Part shown: positions 47,660-62,339 of the stretch, in pieces
How the letters are laid out: every line of letters starts with the position of its first letter
How positions within the stretch are numbered: position 1 is the first letter of the stretch
DNA from: Octopus sinensis
Lineage: Eukaryota
DNA length: 64,000 nt
NCBI RefSeq assembly: GCF_006345805.1
Contig: NC_043016.1
Span: 22,320,001 to 22,384,000 of the forward strand
Direction of reading: 5' to 3'
Program-made: the position numbers and the translations under genes
Notes under the pieces: generated by a model
Told to the model about the DNA's origin: nothing
What the model saw: the letters and a program-made list of their open reading frames with translations, nothing else
Database searches by the model: none

Positions 47660-48274
47660 TTTATTTGAAATACATGAGAAAATTTTAAATGTTTATTTTT
47701 TGACTGTGTAGCCTTTATAAATATATATAAAAAAAAGCTAGTGATCTATAATATATACTAGTCCTTTTTGTTCTACTGCCAGATCTGAAAGGATATATCT
47801 AAAAAGAATATTTCTTTATTTTTCAAGTTTAAAAATTAAATTATTCCCACCCCTCCCTTTGTAATTGTCTATCTCAAATTATTAGTGTTGTTTTTGCCAA
47901 CTTGGATATTCCACCTAAGGAGCTGCTACTAAAGCAAGCAAATTTGATGGTACTTGTGGAGAGATTACTATTAACCTAATCTTCCTCTCTTTTTCATCAT
48001 GCTTTTAACAAGTTTAAGAGAATTGTCTGGTTATTATATCTGAATATTCCTGTAGCTAACTGAAGGAATATTCTTCTAGCACTAAGTTTTGTGTGCATGT
48101 ATTGTGTATGATACAACTGAGTTGTGAAACATTGAGATGGAGTTATTTGTTATGACTACTTACAGAACAACTTGGGATAAATTCATCCCAAACATAGTTA
48201 CACACACACACGTGCATATGCACACCGAAGCAGGCAGTTGATATTATCAAAACTAATTGCTGTTGATAAAAGAT

Positions 48275-48661
48275 ACTCTTTTACTTGTTTCAGTCATTTG
48301 ACTGTGGCCATGCTGGAGCACCGCCTTTAGTCGAGCAAATCGACCCTAGGACTTATTCTTTGTAAGCCTAGTACTTATTCTATCGGTCTCTTTTGCTGAA
48401 CCGCTAAGTTACGGGGACGTAAACACACCAGCATCGGTTGTCAAGCAATGTTGGGAGCACAAACACAGACAAATAAACATATATCTATACACACACACAC
48501 ATATGCATATATACGATGGGCTTCTTTCAGTTTCTGCCTACCAAATCCACTCACAAGGCTTTGGTTGGCCCGGGGCTATAGTAGAAAACGCTTGTCCAAG
48601 GTGCCACGCAGTGGAACTGAACCTGGAACCATGTAGTTGGTAAGCAAACTACTTACCACAC
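48275..48661 (-). mobile_element. tRNA-derived SINE family A, near full length
   Basis: Complete head-to-tail copy with CpGs mostly retained; reference for the other family A copies. Confidence 0.85.
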
Positions 48662-49199
48662 ACTTTGTCCGTGTATATGTATTGAATATCAGTTCTGATC
48701 TATTCCCTTCAACTTATATATATTAGCTTGACAAGTTCAAGCTCTTTCACTAAGAACCACAAGTGGTTCTTGTTCTCAAAGGTTTTTTTTTTCCTTTTTG
48801 ATTTTTCATATTAATAGAAATTGAGTATTTGTTGGCTACTAAAACTACTATGCCAAAAGAAATGTTATGCTATTACTAAAATCAGAATTTAAAAATATAT
48901 GTTAAAAAAAAATTTAAATAGCTGTAGTTTAGTGTTTGTTTCCATCTGGTTTTCCTCACTTTTTACATATATACATACATATATCCTTGAAAAAATGTTA
49001 ACCAATTATGTTGAATTTTTTTCAATAAAGCTTCACAAAGAATATATTTTTCTTCATTTACGAAAATATTTGTGTGTGAAGATGAAAAAAAATCTATAGT
49101 TTAAATTACTTGGTGTTTAAAAATTACTGGTGGGACCAAGTTATATATATATATATACATACATTTACATATATATATATATACACGTATATATACATA

Positions 49200-50057
49200 C
49201 GAGGTGGAATCAAAACATTCCTAGACTAGTTATGTTTAATAAAATAACTTTTTTACTGAAGTTTTAACATCATCTCCTTTGAAATAGTCACTTTGGTCCC
49301 AGCGTTCCTGCCACTTTTGGAATCTGGCCTGGAAGTCATTTTTCGTAAGTGGGTCGAGGACCTTCAGTGAATCACTCTGGGTCTCGACAACGGTGTTAGA
49401 ACAGTGATCTTTGAACTGCATTTTTGTCTTGGGGGAAAAGATGGAAGTCCGCAGGTGCTAAATCTGGTGAATAGGGCGAGTGTGGAAGCGATACCGTGTT
49501 GTTTTTGGCAAGAAACTCATGAGTGAAGAGAGCTTTGTGACGAATCCAATTCTTCCTGCTCCACAAATCCGGTCACTTTCGCTGAATGTCCTCCTTCAAA
49601 ATGCTTGAAAACATTGCAATAGAACTCTCAATTGATGGTCTGGGCCCTGGGGGACAAATTCTCGATGCACAGTACCACATTTCTGGGGGTAATGCTTGTG
49701 GCAGGTCTTCCAGATTGCTCCTCGTCTTCCAGGGATGTTCTTCCACTTTTGAAGTGCCCATGCCACTCAAAACATTGTGTACAACCCATTGAATGAGCCA
49801 ACGTGAAACTTGGGAAGTCTGCTACAGAGACATTGAGCATGCTTTGGCAAGCTTACACCAATGAGGCAATGGGTTTCTGTCCACGACAAAATTGCAGACT
49901 ACAGCTTACGCATGATCACAAATTTCACAACTTGCGAAGTAAACATAGCAATGTCACCCTGCAAACTTCCTCCTGAAGGTCACTGTGCACACAGCCATGT
50001 TCTGCCATCTGTTGCTGCACTACAGAACTAGTCTGTGAACTTTCTGATACCACCTCA
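49200..50057 (-). mobile_element. Mariner deletion derivative with both TIRs
   Basis: About 30-bp imperfect TIRs CGAGGTGGAATCAAAACATTCCTAGACTAG / CTAGTCTGTGAACTTTCTGATACCACCTCA; TA on the left; minus-strand SPYSPDLAPADFHLFP motif. Confidence 0.85.
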
Positions 50058-51092
50058 TGTATGCATATATATATATATGTATATGTATATATATGTATGT
50101 ATATATATATATATATGTATGTATATATATATGTATGTATGTATATAATATATATGTATGTATATATATATATATATATTGTATATATTATGTATGTATG
50201 TATATATATATATATGTATGTATATATATATGTATGTATGTATATATATATGTATGTATGTATATATATATGTATGTATATATATATGTATGTATGTATA
50301 TATATATATGTATGTATATATATATGTATGTATATATATATATATATGTATGTATATATATATATGTATGTATGTATATATATATATGTATGTATGTATA
50401 TATATATGTATGTATATATATATGTATGTATGTATATATATATATGTATGTATATATATATATATATGTATGTATATATATATGTATGTATGTATATATA
50501 TATATATGTATGTATATATATATATGTATGTATGTATATATATATATGTATGTATATATATATATGTATATATATATATGTATGTATGTATATATATATA
50601 TGTATGTATATATATAGTATGTATATATATATATATATGTATGTATAATATATATGTATGTATATATATATGTATGTATGTATATATATATATATATGTA
50701 TGTATGTATATATATATTATATGTATGTATGTATATATATATATATGTATGTATGTATATATATATATATATGTATGTATGTATATATATATATATATGT
50801 ATGTATATATATATATGTATGTATGTATATATAATATATATGTATGTATATATAATATATATATGTATTGTATATATATATATATGTATGTGTATATATA
50901 TATATATGTATGTGTATATATATATATATGTATGTATATATATATATATATGTATGTATATATATATATATATGTATGTATATATATATATATATGTGTG
51001 TATATATATATATGTATGTATATATATATATATGTATGTATATATATATATGTATGTATATATATATATATATATATGTATGTATATATATA

Positions 51093-51133
<41 letters not shown>

Positions 51134-51373
51134 TGTATGTATATATATATGTATGTATATATATATGTATGTATATATATATGTATGTATTATATATATA
51201 TATATATGTATGTATATATATATGTATGTATGTATATATGTATGTATATATATATATATGTATGTATATATATATGTATGTATATATTATATATGTATGT
51301 ATATATATATATATGTATAATATATATATATGTATATATATATATATTGTATATATATATATATGTATGTTAT

Positions 51374-51414
<41 letters not shown>

Positions 51415-51457
51415 TGTATATATATATGTATATATATGTATGTATATATATGTGTGT

Positions 51458-51491
<34 letters not shown>

Positions 51492-51514
51492 GTATATGTA
51501 TATATATATATGTA

Positions 51515-51545
<31 letters not shown>

Positions 51546-51621
51546 TATATATATGTATATATATGTGTGTGTGTGTGTATATATATATATGTATTATATA
51601 TATATATTATATATATATATA
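50058..51621. repeat. 1.56-kb compound (TA)n/(TATG)n microsatellite array
   Basis: Read directly; it generates the spurious IY/YV-rich ORFs in the ORF track. Confidence 0.97.
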
Positions 51622-54408
51622 GTGAATCTTTTTTTAAACTTTTAATGTTCATCACACCTCTTCTTTCCTAATTATTATTATTCTGTCCTTCTCCCCACTT
51701 CCTCTCTCTCTGTCTCTTTGCCTCCTATTTCTAACTTGTCTCTACTCCCGATATAGATTTACATTTCAAACTGTTTAGAGAATGGCAAATTTTTTTTTTT
51801 TTTTTTTTTTTTTCGTTTTTTTTTTCCCATCTGTTCTGTGTACTCTACATATAAATGGATTTTAAACTCTACAGTAGGTTTTTACATTCTTCCAAAATTG
51901 ATGTGAGGTTGTGCAGATGGACTATAATGTTAAATGTTGGTGCAGATTAATCAACCAAGTATTTGTTAGGATTCTTTTATTTAAATCCTGCCATCTGTGC
52001 ACTGCACAGCTTTTCCACCCTTATGTGAATTTTAATCTATTCCAAAAGGTTGTTGTCTCCAAGTAACTTGATGTATAGATTTTAGAAGTAGATCAGTGTC
52101 AATCATCCATTTTTTTTTTTTAAATAAATATCTTTAGGCTAATGCTACTGAAAACATGGTGAAACCTTTCAAAGCTATTTTATATTTATTCTCTCCTTCA
52201 CTAAGCTGATGTCTGTGATTGTTTAAAAGGAGTTACTAGTTTATTTTAAGTCTTGAAACAACTGGCTTGGTACTCCTTAGCAGACTTTAAAGAAATAAAA
52301 ATACTAACAAGTTTCCTCAATCTACATAATTCTCATTAGTCTTTGTGCTAAATTGTTGTTTTCATCAGTAATAAATTATTTTTCTTAAATTTTAAAATTT
52401 ATCTTGATGATATTTTTATCCTATTGCTAACTTGAAATATTCATTACATATTTTGTTTATTGCTTTTTTTTTCTCTTGCTCACCTGCCCATCAAATGTTT
52501 TTTATTTCTTTTATTATAAATATATATATATATACTAAAGTCTTGCTTAAAACTCTCAAATGTTAGATATTCTATAGAATTTTCAGTCCTTCCCATTTGT
52601 CTTTATTTTTTTTTTATATTATGCAACATGCTTAATTCTAGTCACTCAAATATTTACATGACAAAGTTTTGCTGTGCCTTAAGGGATTTTATTTATTTTC
52701 CATATTTTTTAATGTAATTGCTTTATTTAAAAAAAGTATATATATATATGTATATATATATAAAAGATATTATGTTATTTTAATTTATAAAATGTTAATA
52801 TTTTTTAACCGTTTACTGTCTGGTTTAAATTCTCAGAAATTAGTGCTTTTTGTCACAGAAATATAGTGAAAGAGCTCAAGTGCTATAAATGTATTTTAGA
52901 CTACTTGTGGTTGTTGTTTTAGATGTCTCAAAACTCAAGTGATTTTAAAAAATTTTTATTTTTAAATTAAAACTTGCTTCAATTTGAAGTTGTATATTAT
53001 ACAGTAAACGGTTAAAATGATTTCAAAGATTTTATTTAGAAGGAATCTAAATATGTATGTCATGTCTGTTGTTTCCCACCTGATTATGTAATCAAAAGAA
53101 AAAATATAAAATGTTAAAAAAAACATTTTTTTTTATTAACAAAATTTTTGTTGATTTTATTTTTATTCCCCATATATGTTTTGAAAAGATATACTAAATT
53201 TTTTCATTGAAAGAATTTTTTCTAATTATTTTATTTTTTACTCATACTGTAATGATTTATATACATTTGAATTAACCCAAGGCCAAGATAATATATCTTG
53301 TACAAGACACTATATATATGATATATATATATTTAGTTTTATTTTTTATTTGCATTTTTTTCTTTCTTTTTCTTATATACAGGATGTATATTTTATCTGT
53401 AAAATTTTTGTATCCAGTTAACAAATTTGAGCTGGGAGAAAGTTGTGCTCCCTTTTGAGCATGCTTATGTAACAGCCTACACATTGATTAATAAAATAAA
53501 TAAATATAATATATTATATTATATTATATCACAAATATACCCAGTTCTTCAGGACAATCTGGTTTCATTTATATAAGGAAATGAGGATTTTAGTTTTTAC
53601 CACTTTTCTCCCATTTCGTCATCCTTCATTCATTGCCATTTTTTTAGTAGAAGAAAAAATTTTAATCTATAAATATTTGCGTATAGATAAACTAGGTTAA
53701 TTAGCATTGCTTTTAGGCCATTAGTATTTTGCTTTATTCTTTTTCTCTGGTAATCTGAAACCTCTTTTTCTGTATCTTTCTCACTTGCTCCAAATTTTAC
53801 TATTTAATTTCACCATTTAGCTAAACCTAATGAGTTTTTTTTAATGTCCCCTTCTCTGTTATTTAATGACCATGGTGATAAGGGTAGTTGCTTAAATACT
53901 GATTCCAGTCCCCCCTCCCCTTCTTCTTTTAAACACTTTTACCAATATGCCAGTAATATGTTCAATCCACTTCAGTAGTTTATCAATTGGTCCAATTGCT
54001 TGCATTTCTGGTTGGTTTAGAATATCTTAGTTTTACTTTTTCTTACTAAAATATTAGATATTTTTTAAGATGTCACTTCTACCTTACAAATTCTGAAAAT
54101 CTACTTGTTCCTCTGAAGAAATTTAAACTGTGTCAAGCTGGTTCTAGTCCCTAAACATGGGATTGGAATGGGAACTAGTACGAGATGTTTCACTGAAAAT
54201 GAATTAAAAAAAAAAAATGAAAATGTGATGCAAATTAAGTGATTTTATGTGCATTCTTAAAGAATGGAAGTTGAGGTGGTGATAATTATGTTGAGCAGCA
54301 CTTTCTGTTACCCTTAAATTGAGTGAAACTATAATTATTCTGGGTATTCCTGTGTTTATCAACCATTGAAGTCCACTTTTTAGGTTATATATATAAATAT
54401 ATATATAT

Positions 54409-54439
<31 letters not shown>

Positions 54440-57400
54440 ATATATATATAAACATAAACCTAAAAACATAAACAGGCTGTTAAATCTATCAAGACTTCTG
54501 GATTTTGAAAATGGCTGCAGGCTAGGGTGAAGGCAGATTCTGTAGCTGTAAAATATTTTTCTTACTCAGTCCTGGGGAACTTTTCCTGTTGGTGCTTAAC
54601 ATGTATTACAGGAACAATATTAAATCCACACATCTCATTAGATATGCAAGCATCCTCAGCATTTCTGTTATATTTACACTGATAATTCAAAATAAGTGGG
54701 TTTTTTTTTTCCTTCCTCCTCCCCTAAGAAATTATTTTTTACTTTTTTCAGATTTTTCTCCCTATTGATGAAACTTTTATTTTGAAACATTTTAAAAGAA
54801 AAATGAAAGAAAAAAAGCATTTTTTTATTTATTTATTTATTTATTATTTTTTTTGAGGAAGTTTTTTTCCTCTTATTTTAGACTACTGCTTTCCAGTTTG
54901 TACTTTGTTCCGGGCAGTGATATTTGAAGACTTACTGTAAGCAGTGGATCTTTCTATAAATGCACCATTTGACATTTTGCTCTTAAAATTCTAGGGGCTG
55001 GAATAGATTTTTATATATTGTAAATTTGTTTTCTTATAAATTTATTTTTATTACAAATCTTATTTATTTATTATACAATCTAGCCTAGATATTCAATTAT
55101 ATATATATATATATATATAACATTTTTTTTTTCTTTTTGGACAAGTTAGTTAAGGTCACTGCCTGGTACTTGCTCACTGCTGATACACCTGTGTTCCGTT
55201 TTAATCAGGAAATTTGCTTGGAAGGGTGGAAGAAGCTTATATTTCAAATCTATATTTTTTAATTTTGACTTCCATCTGTCATTGGAGAAGGTTGTGAAGT
55301 CTGCCATTTTATATTAGCTCTATTTCTTTTTCTTTTTCTGTTTCTTTTTTGTGAGCACAAATGTAATATGGTGTGTTTGAAAAGATCCATAGGTGTTTTG
55401 TTTTTTGTTTTTTTTTTTTTGGTATCTGTTTATTATTTTTGAAATATTTTACTATTTCACCACACTTTTCATATACAACTATATATTTAATATTTTGCAA
55501 TGTTATTTTTTCTAATCAATCCATCAACTATTTTGATTCCCAGCAAAATAAAATTTAAAAATATCAACAGCAGCACCACCATCTAAGGCCTGGCATTTAA
55601 AATTATTTTTTGCTGGTTTGAAAGATTTATCTGAAGAAATTTATTTAAAATATATATATATATATTAAAATGATTACAAGATTCTCAGTTTTAGAGTTCC
55701 TATTTTTTCACACCTTTTTGGCCAGAGTTGAGGTCGCTTCGTTCAGTTGACCAGTTTTGTATTTTGGTGTGAATGATATGCACATTATGTGCTTTTATAT
55801 TTTGCCATTCCCTAGTTTTTGTTCAATTTTTGTAAAAAATAAAAATTAAAAAATTATGTATATTGCAATGATATACCAGTTCCTCATATTGTAAGTGATG
55901 ATACAAAGTTTTCACCATGTTAAATTCTTAGGTTTTGGTCAGCAATTATTAACTGGTAAATGCTTATATAATGGAGTAATGTATTGTAATGTTAGTTTCT
56001 TATTAGAAAATTGCTCACTTGCATAAAAAGCTCATCAATTTATTGAAGTTTATGCTCTCCCCCCACTATTTTCTGTTTTTCCTCCTGTAATAGCAATATT
56101 CTCTTTTAAATGGCAGCAAGGCAGGGCTATATATTGCTATTCATCTACATTTCATTTTTTATAATCTTTACCAAGTGGTATCTCCTGATCACCACTCTCT
56201 CTAAATATATACATATATATGTGTATGTATATGTGTGTATATATATATATATATTTATTATATTATATATATATATACACATTTTTTTAAAAATAACATA
56301 GCAATATATATTTAGAAATTGGTTTTGTGATGCTGGCAGGATTCATACTACTGCACTAATACATATTGTAGGAGAATTACATTCCTTGATATTGCAATAG
56401 CTTCTACTGGCAACTTTTTATTAAATTTCAAAATACTCAATTCTTGAGAGATGGACTTTAAAAAAATGCAAAAAACTTTCTTATTTTCTTTCACTCCATC
56501 TCTTTGATATTCTTTATTTCTTGCTGAAGCAATCATATTAGATCTAGACATCCAGATCTTTACTAGACCCTGCCTTTTTAATAAAAATGTTTTGATAAGT
56601 AATAGCTGAAGATTTAGTTATTTTAGTCTGTTAGAGCTTTAATATGTCTGATTATTACTTTAGTAATTTAACATTGGTGAATACAAGTAATTTTATTATA
56701 CTATTTTTGGAAAATTCCTTGGATCCATAAATTTAAAATTTGTCATTGGTATGCAAGTGAAATAAAGGTGTTTCATTTGGTTTTCTTATTGTGTCTGAGT
56801 TTTTTTTTAAAAATCTTTTTCTTTTCATTAACTGTTTTGGGAAGATACTAACTCCTTGCTACAAATTGGGAATCCTGCTAAAATATGTTGTTTCTAAAAG
56901 GATATGGAAATAAGTATTGGTAAGTAAATATGTCAAGGACCCACCTAATTCTTTTGGCTTTGAGATTGATATCCAGAAGGTTGTTGGAAAGTTATTGGGG
57001 ATAGCACAAGGTGTGTGAATTTATACATGCATATGCAAAAATCATTTTTGTCTGGTTCTTCATACATAGCTTGGACAACACTTGAAGCAGTTGGTTGTTC
57101 AAGTGTTTCCTCTACACCAAGACACTTGATTTTGTCTTTTTTGTCATACTTTAACCTCTTAACACCCAGCATAAGGCCACTACCTTCAATACTACAGCCA
57201 ACCTAGTTGAGGTGTCTTGCTTTGCAAATTACTTGGAGATTTTGTTAATGCTGGTACCTTGGGGGAAAAAAAAGCTCCTAGTACATTCTGTGAAGTAGTT
57301 GACAGGAAGGGCATTCAACTGTAGAAACCATACCAAAGTAGACCCTGGAGCTCAGTGTAATTCTTTGGCTTGTCAGATGCTTTTGAACTATTCAACTTAT

Positions 57401-58773
57401 ACCAGCGTGAAAGGCAGACGTGTGATGAGGACTTACATATGTGTGTGTGTGTGTGTATATATATAAAAGCAGTACTCAGTTAGTGGATCTTACTTGTAAT
57501 TTGAAGTGGGGGTAGTAATATCAGAAATAAAGCATTTTCCTGAAGAACATTGTCCTTGTGATGAAGTTTTAGGCAAATGTTACTTGTGTGAGGGTAAGTA
57601 GTTGTAAGACTTCGAATTGAGGCTTTTAGTTAGACATGACAGGAAGTGTGTGATGTACAAGTTAATTTTGTGTAGTTTATTAAGCCTTTGTACTGTTGAA
57701 TAGATTAGCATGTTTTCATTTTTGAATACTTACTAAAATATATTTTCATGAAGGCTATGAGGTTGTGTGTGGTGGTGGTGAGTTGTCAATGTGCAGAAGC
57801 AAGAGATTAAGGAAACCCCTTCAGAAATAGTTTGAAACTTTATTACTACATGTAGGAAATTGACAATTTCAAATAAGAGACATCATTTGAATTGATTCAA
57901 TTGCAGTACAAAAGGAACTGTAGCTGAAGGTGTTGCTTCTAAAGATTGACTTGATAGCTACTTACTGCCAGTTAACACTGTTTTTAAAGAGTGCATAGCT
58001 GTGTTAAAAAGTTTGCTTCCCAACCATGCAGCTCTGGTTTCAGTTCCACTGTGCAGCACATCTAGAAGATGGAAACTGAAAGATGTCCATTGTAGGTATA
58101 TGTGGGTGTGTCCTTGCTTGTGATGTCATTTTGTTTCCAATCTTTTGTGAAAAACATGTCTATGGGGAAGGCGGGGATTGGTGACAGGAAGGGCATGTCT
58201 GACTCATGGATGCAGCTATAAGTTTTAAAAAAACCTTCCAATCAGGAAAATGATCTTTGCTTTCTTGGTTTGGAGGTAGAGAGTCTGTCATGAATTTTTC
58301 AGCAAACTGCAAACCACGTTAAGGTTGCATGTGATACAGATGGATGCACATCAAAAGGTCAGGTTATTTATTTTCAGCTAAGGGTAGTGGATTAGCATCA
58401 GATAAAGTTCGTATCAATATTTGTTCCAAGTTCAAATCCTACCAAAGTTGGCTTCGTCTTTCATCAACAACAATTATTGTTTAACTACTTAGCTGTCATA
58501 TATATCATAATAGGTGGACAATTAGTTGGATTTAGAGATGACAAAAAGCTTAAGACCTGGAGCAAAGACATACATGATTTATAGCTGGTATTGAACTTTG
58601 GCAAGGTGTCAGAATTGGTGCCAAAAGCATGTCTTTATATATAATAATGAAATATATGATCTTGGGTTTCAAAGGATATCAGCTTTTTAATATCCTAAAG
58701 CCATGTAGTAGATTTCAGTCTCAAGTTGCACTTACTGAGACTGGTCAAGACTTGCCTTAGACTTAATAATTGT

Positions 58774-59877
58774 TTATTGAAGTTTTAACATCAACTCCTT
58801 TGAAATAGTCACCTTGCACAGCATTAAGCCAATACCAGCATTCCTGCCACTTTTGGAATCCAGCCTGGAAGTTTTCTGTAAGCAAGTCAAGGAATTGTGA
58901 TCTGTTATGGATCTCGACAATGGTGACCTTTGGGGTACATTTTCGTCTTGAGGAAGAGATGGAAGTTCTCAGGTGCTAAATCTTGTGAATAAGGTGGGTG
59001 TGAAAGTGATACCATGTTATTGGTGAGAGGGTGCTTTGTTGTGAAACATTCAGTTCTTTGCTCTCCACAGATTCAGTTGCTTTCACCAAATGTCCTTCAA
59101 ATGCTTCAAAATGTTGCAGTAGAACTGATTAATGGTTTGGCCCTGGAGGACAAATTCCTGATGCATAATACTGTGGATGTGGAAAATAATAAGTATGCTC
59201 TTGATTGAGCTGCGGCTTTCTGTAGTGGAGATGAAGGGTTACTTCTATTGTGAGGACTGCTACTTCATCTCAGTCGTACCTGTAGACCCAGTTCTCATCA
59301 CAGGTGATGATCCTCGACATGAAGAATGGATCGTCAGTGGCATGCTGACTGAAATCTTGACAGACTTTGACGCGAGGTTCTTTCTGCTTTGGTCAGCAGG
59401 TGGTGGACAAACTTGGCAGAGATATGCTGCATATTCAATTCAGATATTAGGAGTGCCTTCATGGACCCCATATGATAGCTATGTCATTGATTATCCTCAT
59501 GCACAAATATAAATTTTCTTCTCGTTTCCAGGGTGACACTCTTGGCAGGTCTTCCAAGGACATTCTTTCGCTGTTGAAGTGCCTGCTACTCAAAATATTG
59601 TGTATGACCCAATGCCTTGTTGCCATAAGCTTGCTGTAGCAGGTTCAATGTCACTAGCAGATTTCCCAAGTTTAACACGAAATTTTATGTTGGCTCTTTG
59701 TTCCAACTTCTGTCTATGACAAAATTGCAGACTACAGCAAACACAAGATCATAAAAAGAAATTTCTCAACTTGCGAAGTAAACATTGATGTCACTCGGCA
59801 CACTGCCTGCTCTCACTCCATATGCAATCCGTTGGCATGCAACAGAACTAGTCTGGGAACTTTCTGATACTACCTTG
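58774..59877 (-). mobile_element. Mariner relic, same family as 49200-50057, one TIR missing
   Basis: Right TIR CTAGTCTGGGAACTTTCTGATACTACCTTG+TA; minus-strand AKFVHHLL..DDPFFMSRIITCDENWVY; shares 49255-49500-like sequence. Confidence 0.82.
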
Positions 59878-62339
59878 TATATGTGGATGTGAATTCGCAT
59901 TCAGAGATTTCTCTAAATGAAGGATTTGTTACATTTATACCAATTATTATATTTAACAATCTAGACATTTTCCAAAGAAAAATTCTGCTTTTTTTTATAA
60001 GCAACTGTTCTTCATGATTTGGAGACTAGTATTTCATGAGTGGCACATGTAAAAAACTGGAGTGGACACAACTATAGGGACTCATTAGAAGGTAGAATAT
60101 CGAGACATTTGTTTCAGAGTTGTTAGTTACTTTGTATTGCTGAACGCACATGTATCCACTTTAACTCTTTTGATACTATATTTCTGTTGAAATACACTAC
60201 CTTTTAGGATAATGAAAAATTTAATTAAATAACTGTCAATATTAAACTGGTATTTGGAACAACTTTGAATTTGTAAAGTAGAGAACCCATAAACTGTTTT
60301 ACATTAATTAATTTCAATAAATACTTTCTGTAACAATAATGTAAAATTTGAAGGATAGGAAAAGAAAAAATTCAAACAAAGTATAAGATTTAATTGGTTT
60401 ATTTTTATATTTTCTGAAAGTTTTACATGTTTAATTTTTCCATTGTTTCATTTATTTATTTTTAGATTAACATTATAAAAAAATAGAATCTTTTCTGTGA
60501 TTTATACAGGAGGTATATGTATATATTGAGGTAACTGTATAACAGTTGTAGCAATTAACATAAAATGCAACAGCATAAATACAACTGTAGTGATTATGCA
60601 ATAGTTGTGAGAGAGAAGTATGTTGGTGGAAATGATAGTTGCCAGGCTAAATGCATTACAATATTCAAGTTTTCTCCCTCATGTTTTGAGTTCAAATCAT
60701 GCTGAGGTGGAACATTTTGTTTTTCATTCCTCCACACATAAAATACCTTGTGTCTAATACACTAAAGTTGCATTCAAATGACTTTTGGTTGCTTTATCTT
60801 AATGAAGTCAAAAGTAGTGAAAATTGTCTGGAACTTTTTTTCCTTACTTACACTGTATTAGTTTTGCTTATTGTAAATATATAATATAAAAGAAGTGACT
60901 TTATAAATAAAACCCCAGTGACTATATAACATTGTATGACTTTGATGAGTGTGTTATGAAGCAGTAGTCTAATTTAAAATATACAACGAAAATGTAAGAG
61001 ATTTTGTGCAGCACAAATTCCTCATACCTACTGTTAATGCAGTCAGCTTGTTTATTGCATTGGAAGAAACATATCTAATCAGTGCTTTGATGAGGTGAAG
61101 AAATAAAAGAACTATGACATTTTGATTTTCCTTTTGGACAATTCCACCTGCTAAAATCAAATGATTCCAAAAGGGGTATGAATACATGCTGTTATTAATA
61201 AATAATTTAAATTGAGAAATGTAACCAGAAAGATTGATGATTCTTCCACTAACTGGAGAAATCCTATGCCCTAATTACATTAATCAACATCAAATTGTGC
61301 TACAGACATGTACTTAATGCTCAAAATGATTGTAAAGAGTGGGTACAGTTGACCACTAAAATGCATCAGTCGCAGCACTTATAACACTAACCCAATAATA
61401 TTTAGTGTTTGTTTTCAATTATAATCTACTTAGAAGTATATTCACATTTGTTAGTCTAGATGCTTAACTCTTTCCTATGAGCATAGCTTGGAGAGGAATG
61501 AATACCCTCAACCTGATTTTGCTATACTACATAAAGATGGCATTAGAGTTGTCCCTTTAGCACAAACAATTTTGAAACTTTCTTCAGGAAAATATAACAT
61601 AGATTAAAAAAGCCTCAAAGACATAGTGCATTGTCTAAAGAAAGCACCTTAATAGCTAAAAGAGGGCTTAGACATGATTAAAAGGGCCCTGCTTAATAAA
61701 GTAAACTTACGACTTTTACTTTATTTTGACTGAAATTCAAAAAAGCACTGAGTTATTCCCTTTATGTTAAAGGACTATTCAAGGCACACTCAATCATAAA
61801 AACTTGAAAACTAATACTTTTGGCAGAAGACTTAATTTACAAATTAGAAAAGTTTTTCTTTTAATGTATAACAACTGATTTGTAATGTCTCAAATTTTAT
61901 CTGTATCAATTTTGACATTTCAACAAACTTTCAACAACTATTTTAACAAAAAGTGATTTATTAAAATTAAATATGTTAATTATAAACACAAAATTAAGAA
62001 ATGCCTACAGCTCAAGAAGTGAATTTACTGTTACATTCCGTTGTAAGCAGGGCCTTCTCCCCCTTGAGGACACACCCAGTTTATATTCTGGCTTGGATCC
62101 TTTATATCACAGGTTTTGCAGTGGATACAATTCTGTGCATTGATCTGCAGTCGCATACTGTCACCATCTTCTGTAGGAACATATTCATAGACACCTGAAA
62201 GATTCCAACGATATATATTAAATTCTTGGGTGATAGATACAAAGTTGTTGAAGAAATTGTACTAGCCATTGTCAACATAGTAACAAAAGCACCCCCCCAC
62301 ACACAAGACAGTGTCTATGGACTAGAAGCCAGCACCATG

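Noticed and set aside
50055-51671. Long ORFs of up to 495 aa rich in I/Y/H/V/C/M
   Set aside because: Translations of the (TA)n/(TATG)n array, which lacks stops in several frames; not genes. The same applies to the short IY-rich ORFs elsewhere.
52674-52681. miR-124 8mer seed match GTGCCTTA in the putative 3' UTR
   Set aside because: A single 8-mer in about 9 kb is not significant without conservation data.
59177-59512. 111-aa plus-strand ORF
   Set aside because: Antisense to the mariner transposase relic.
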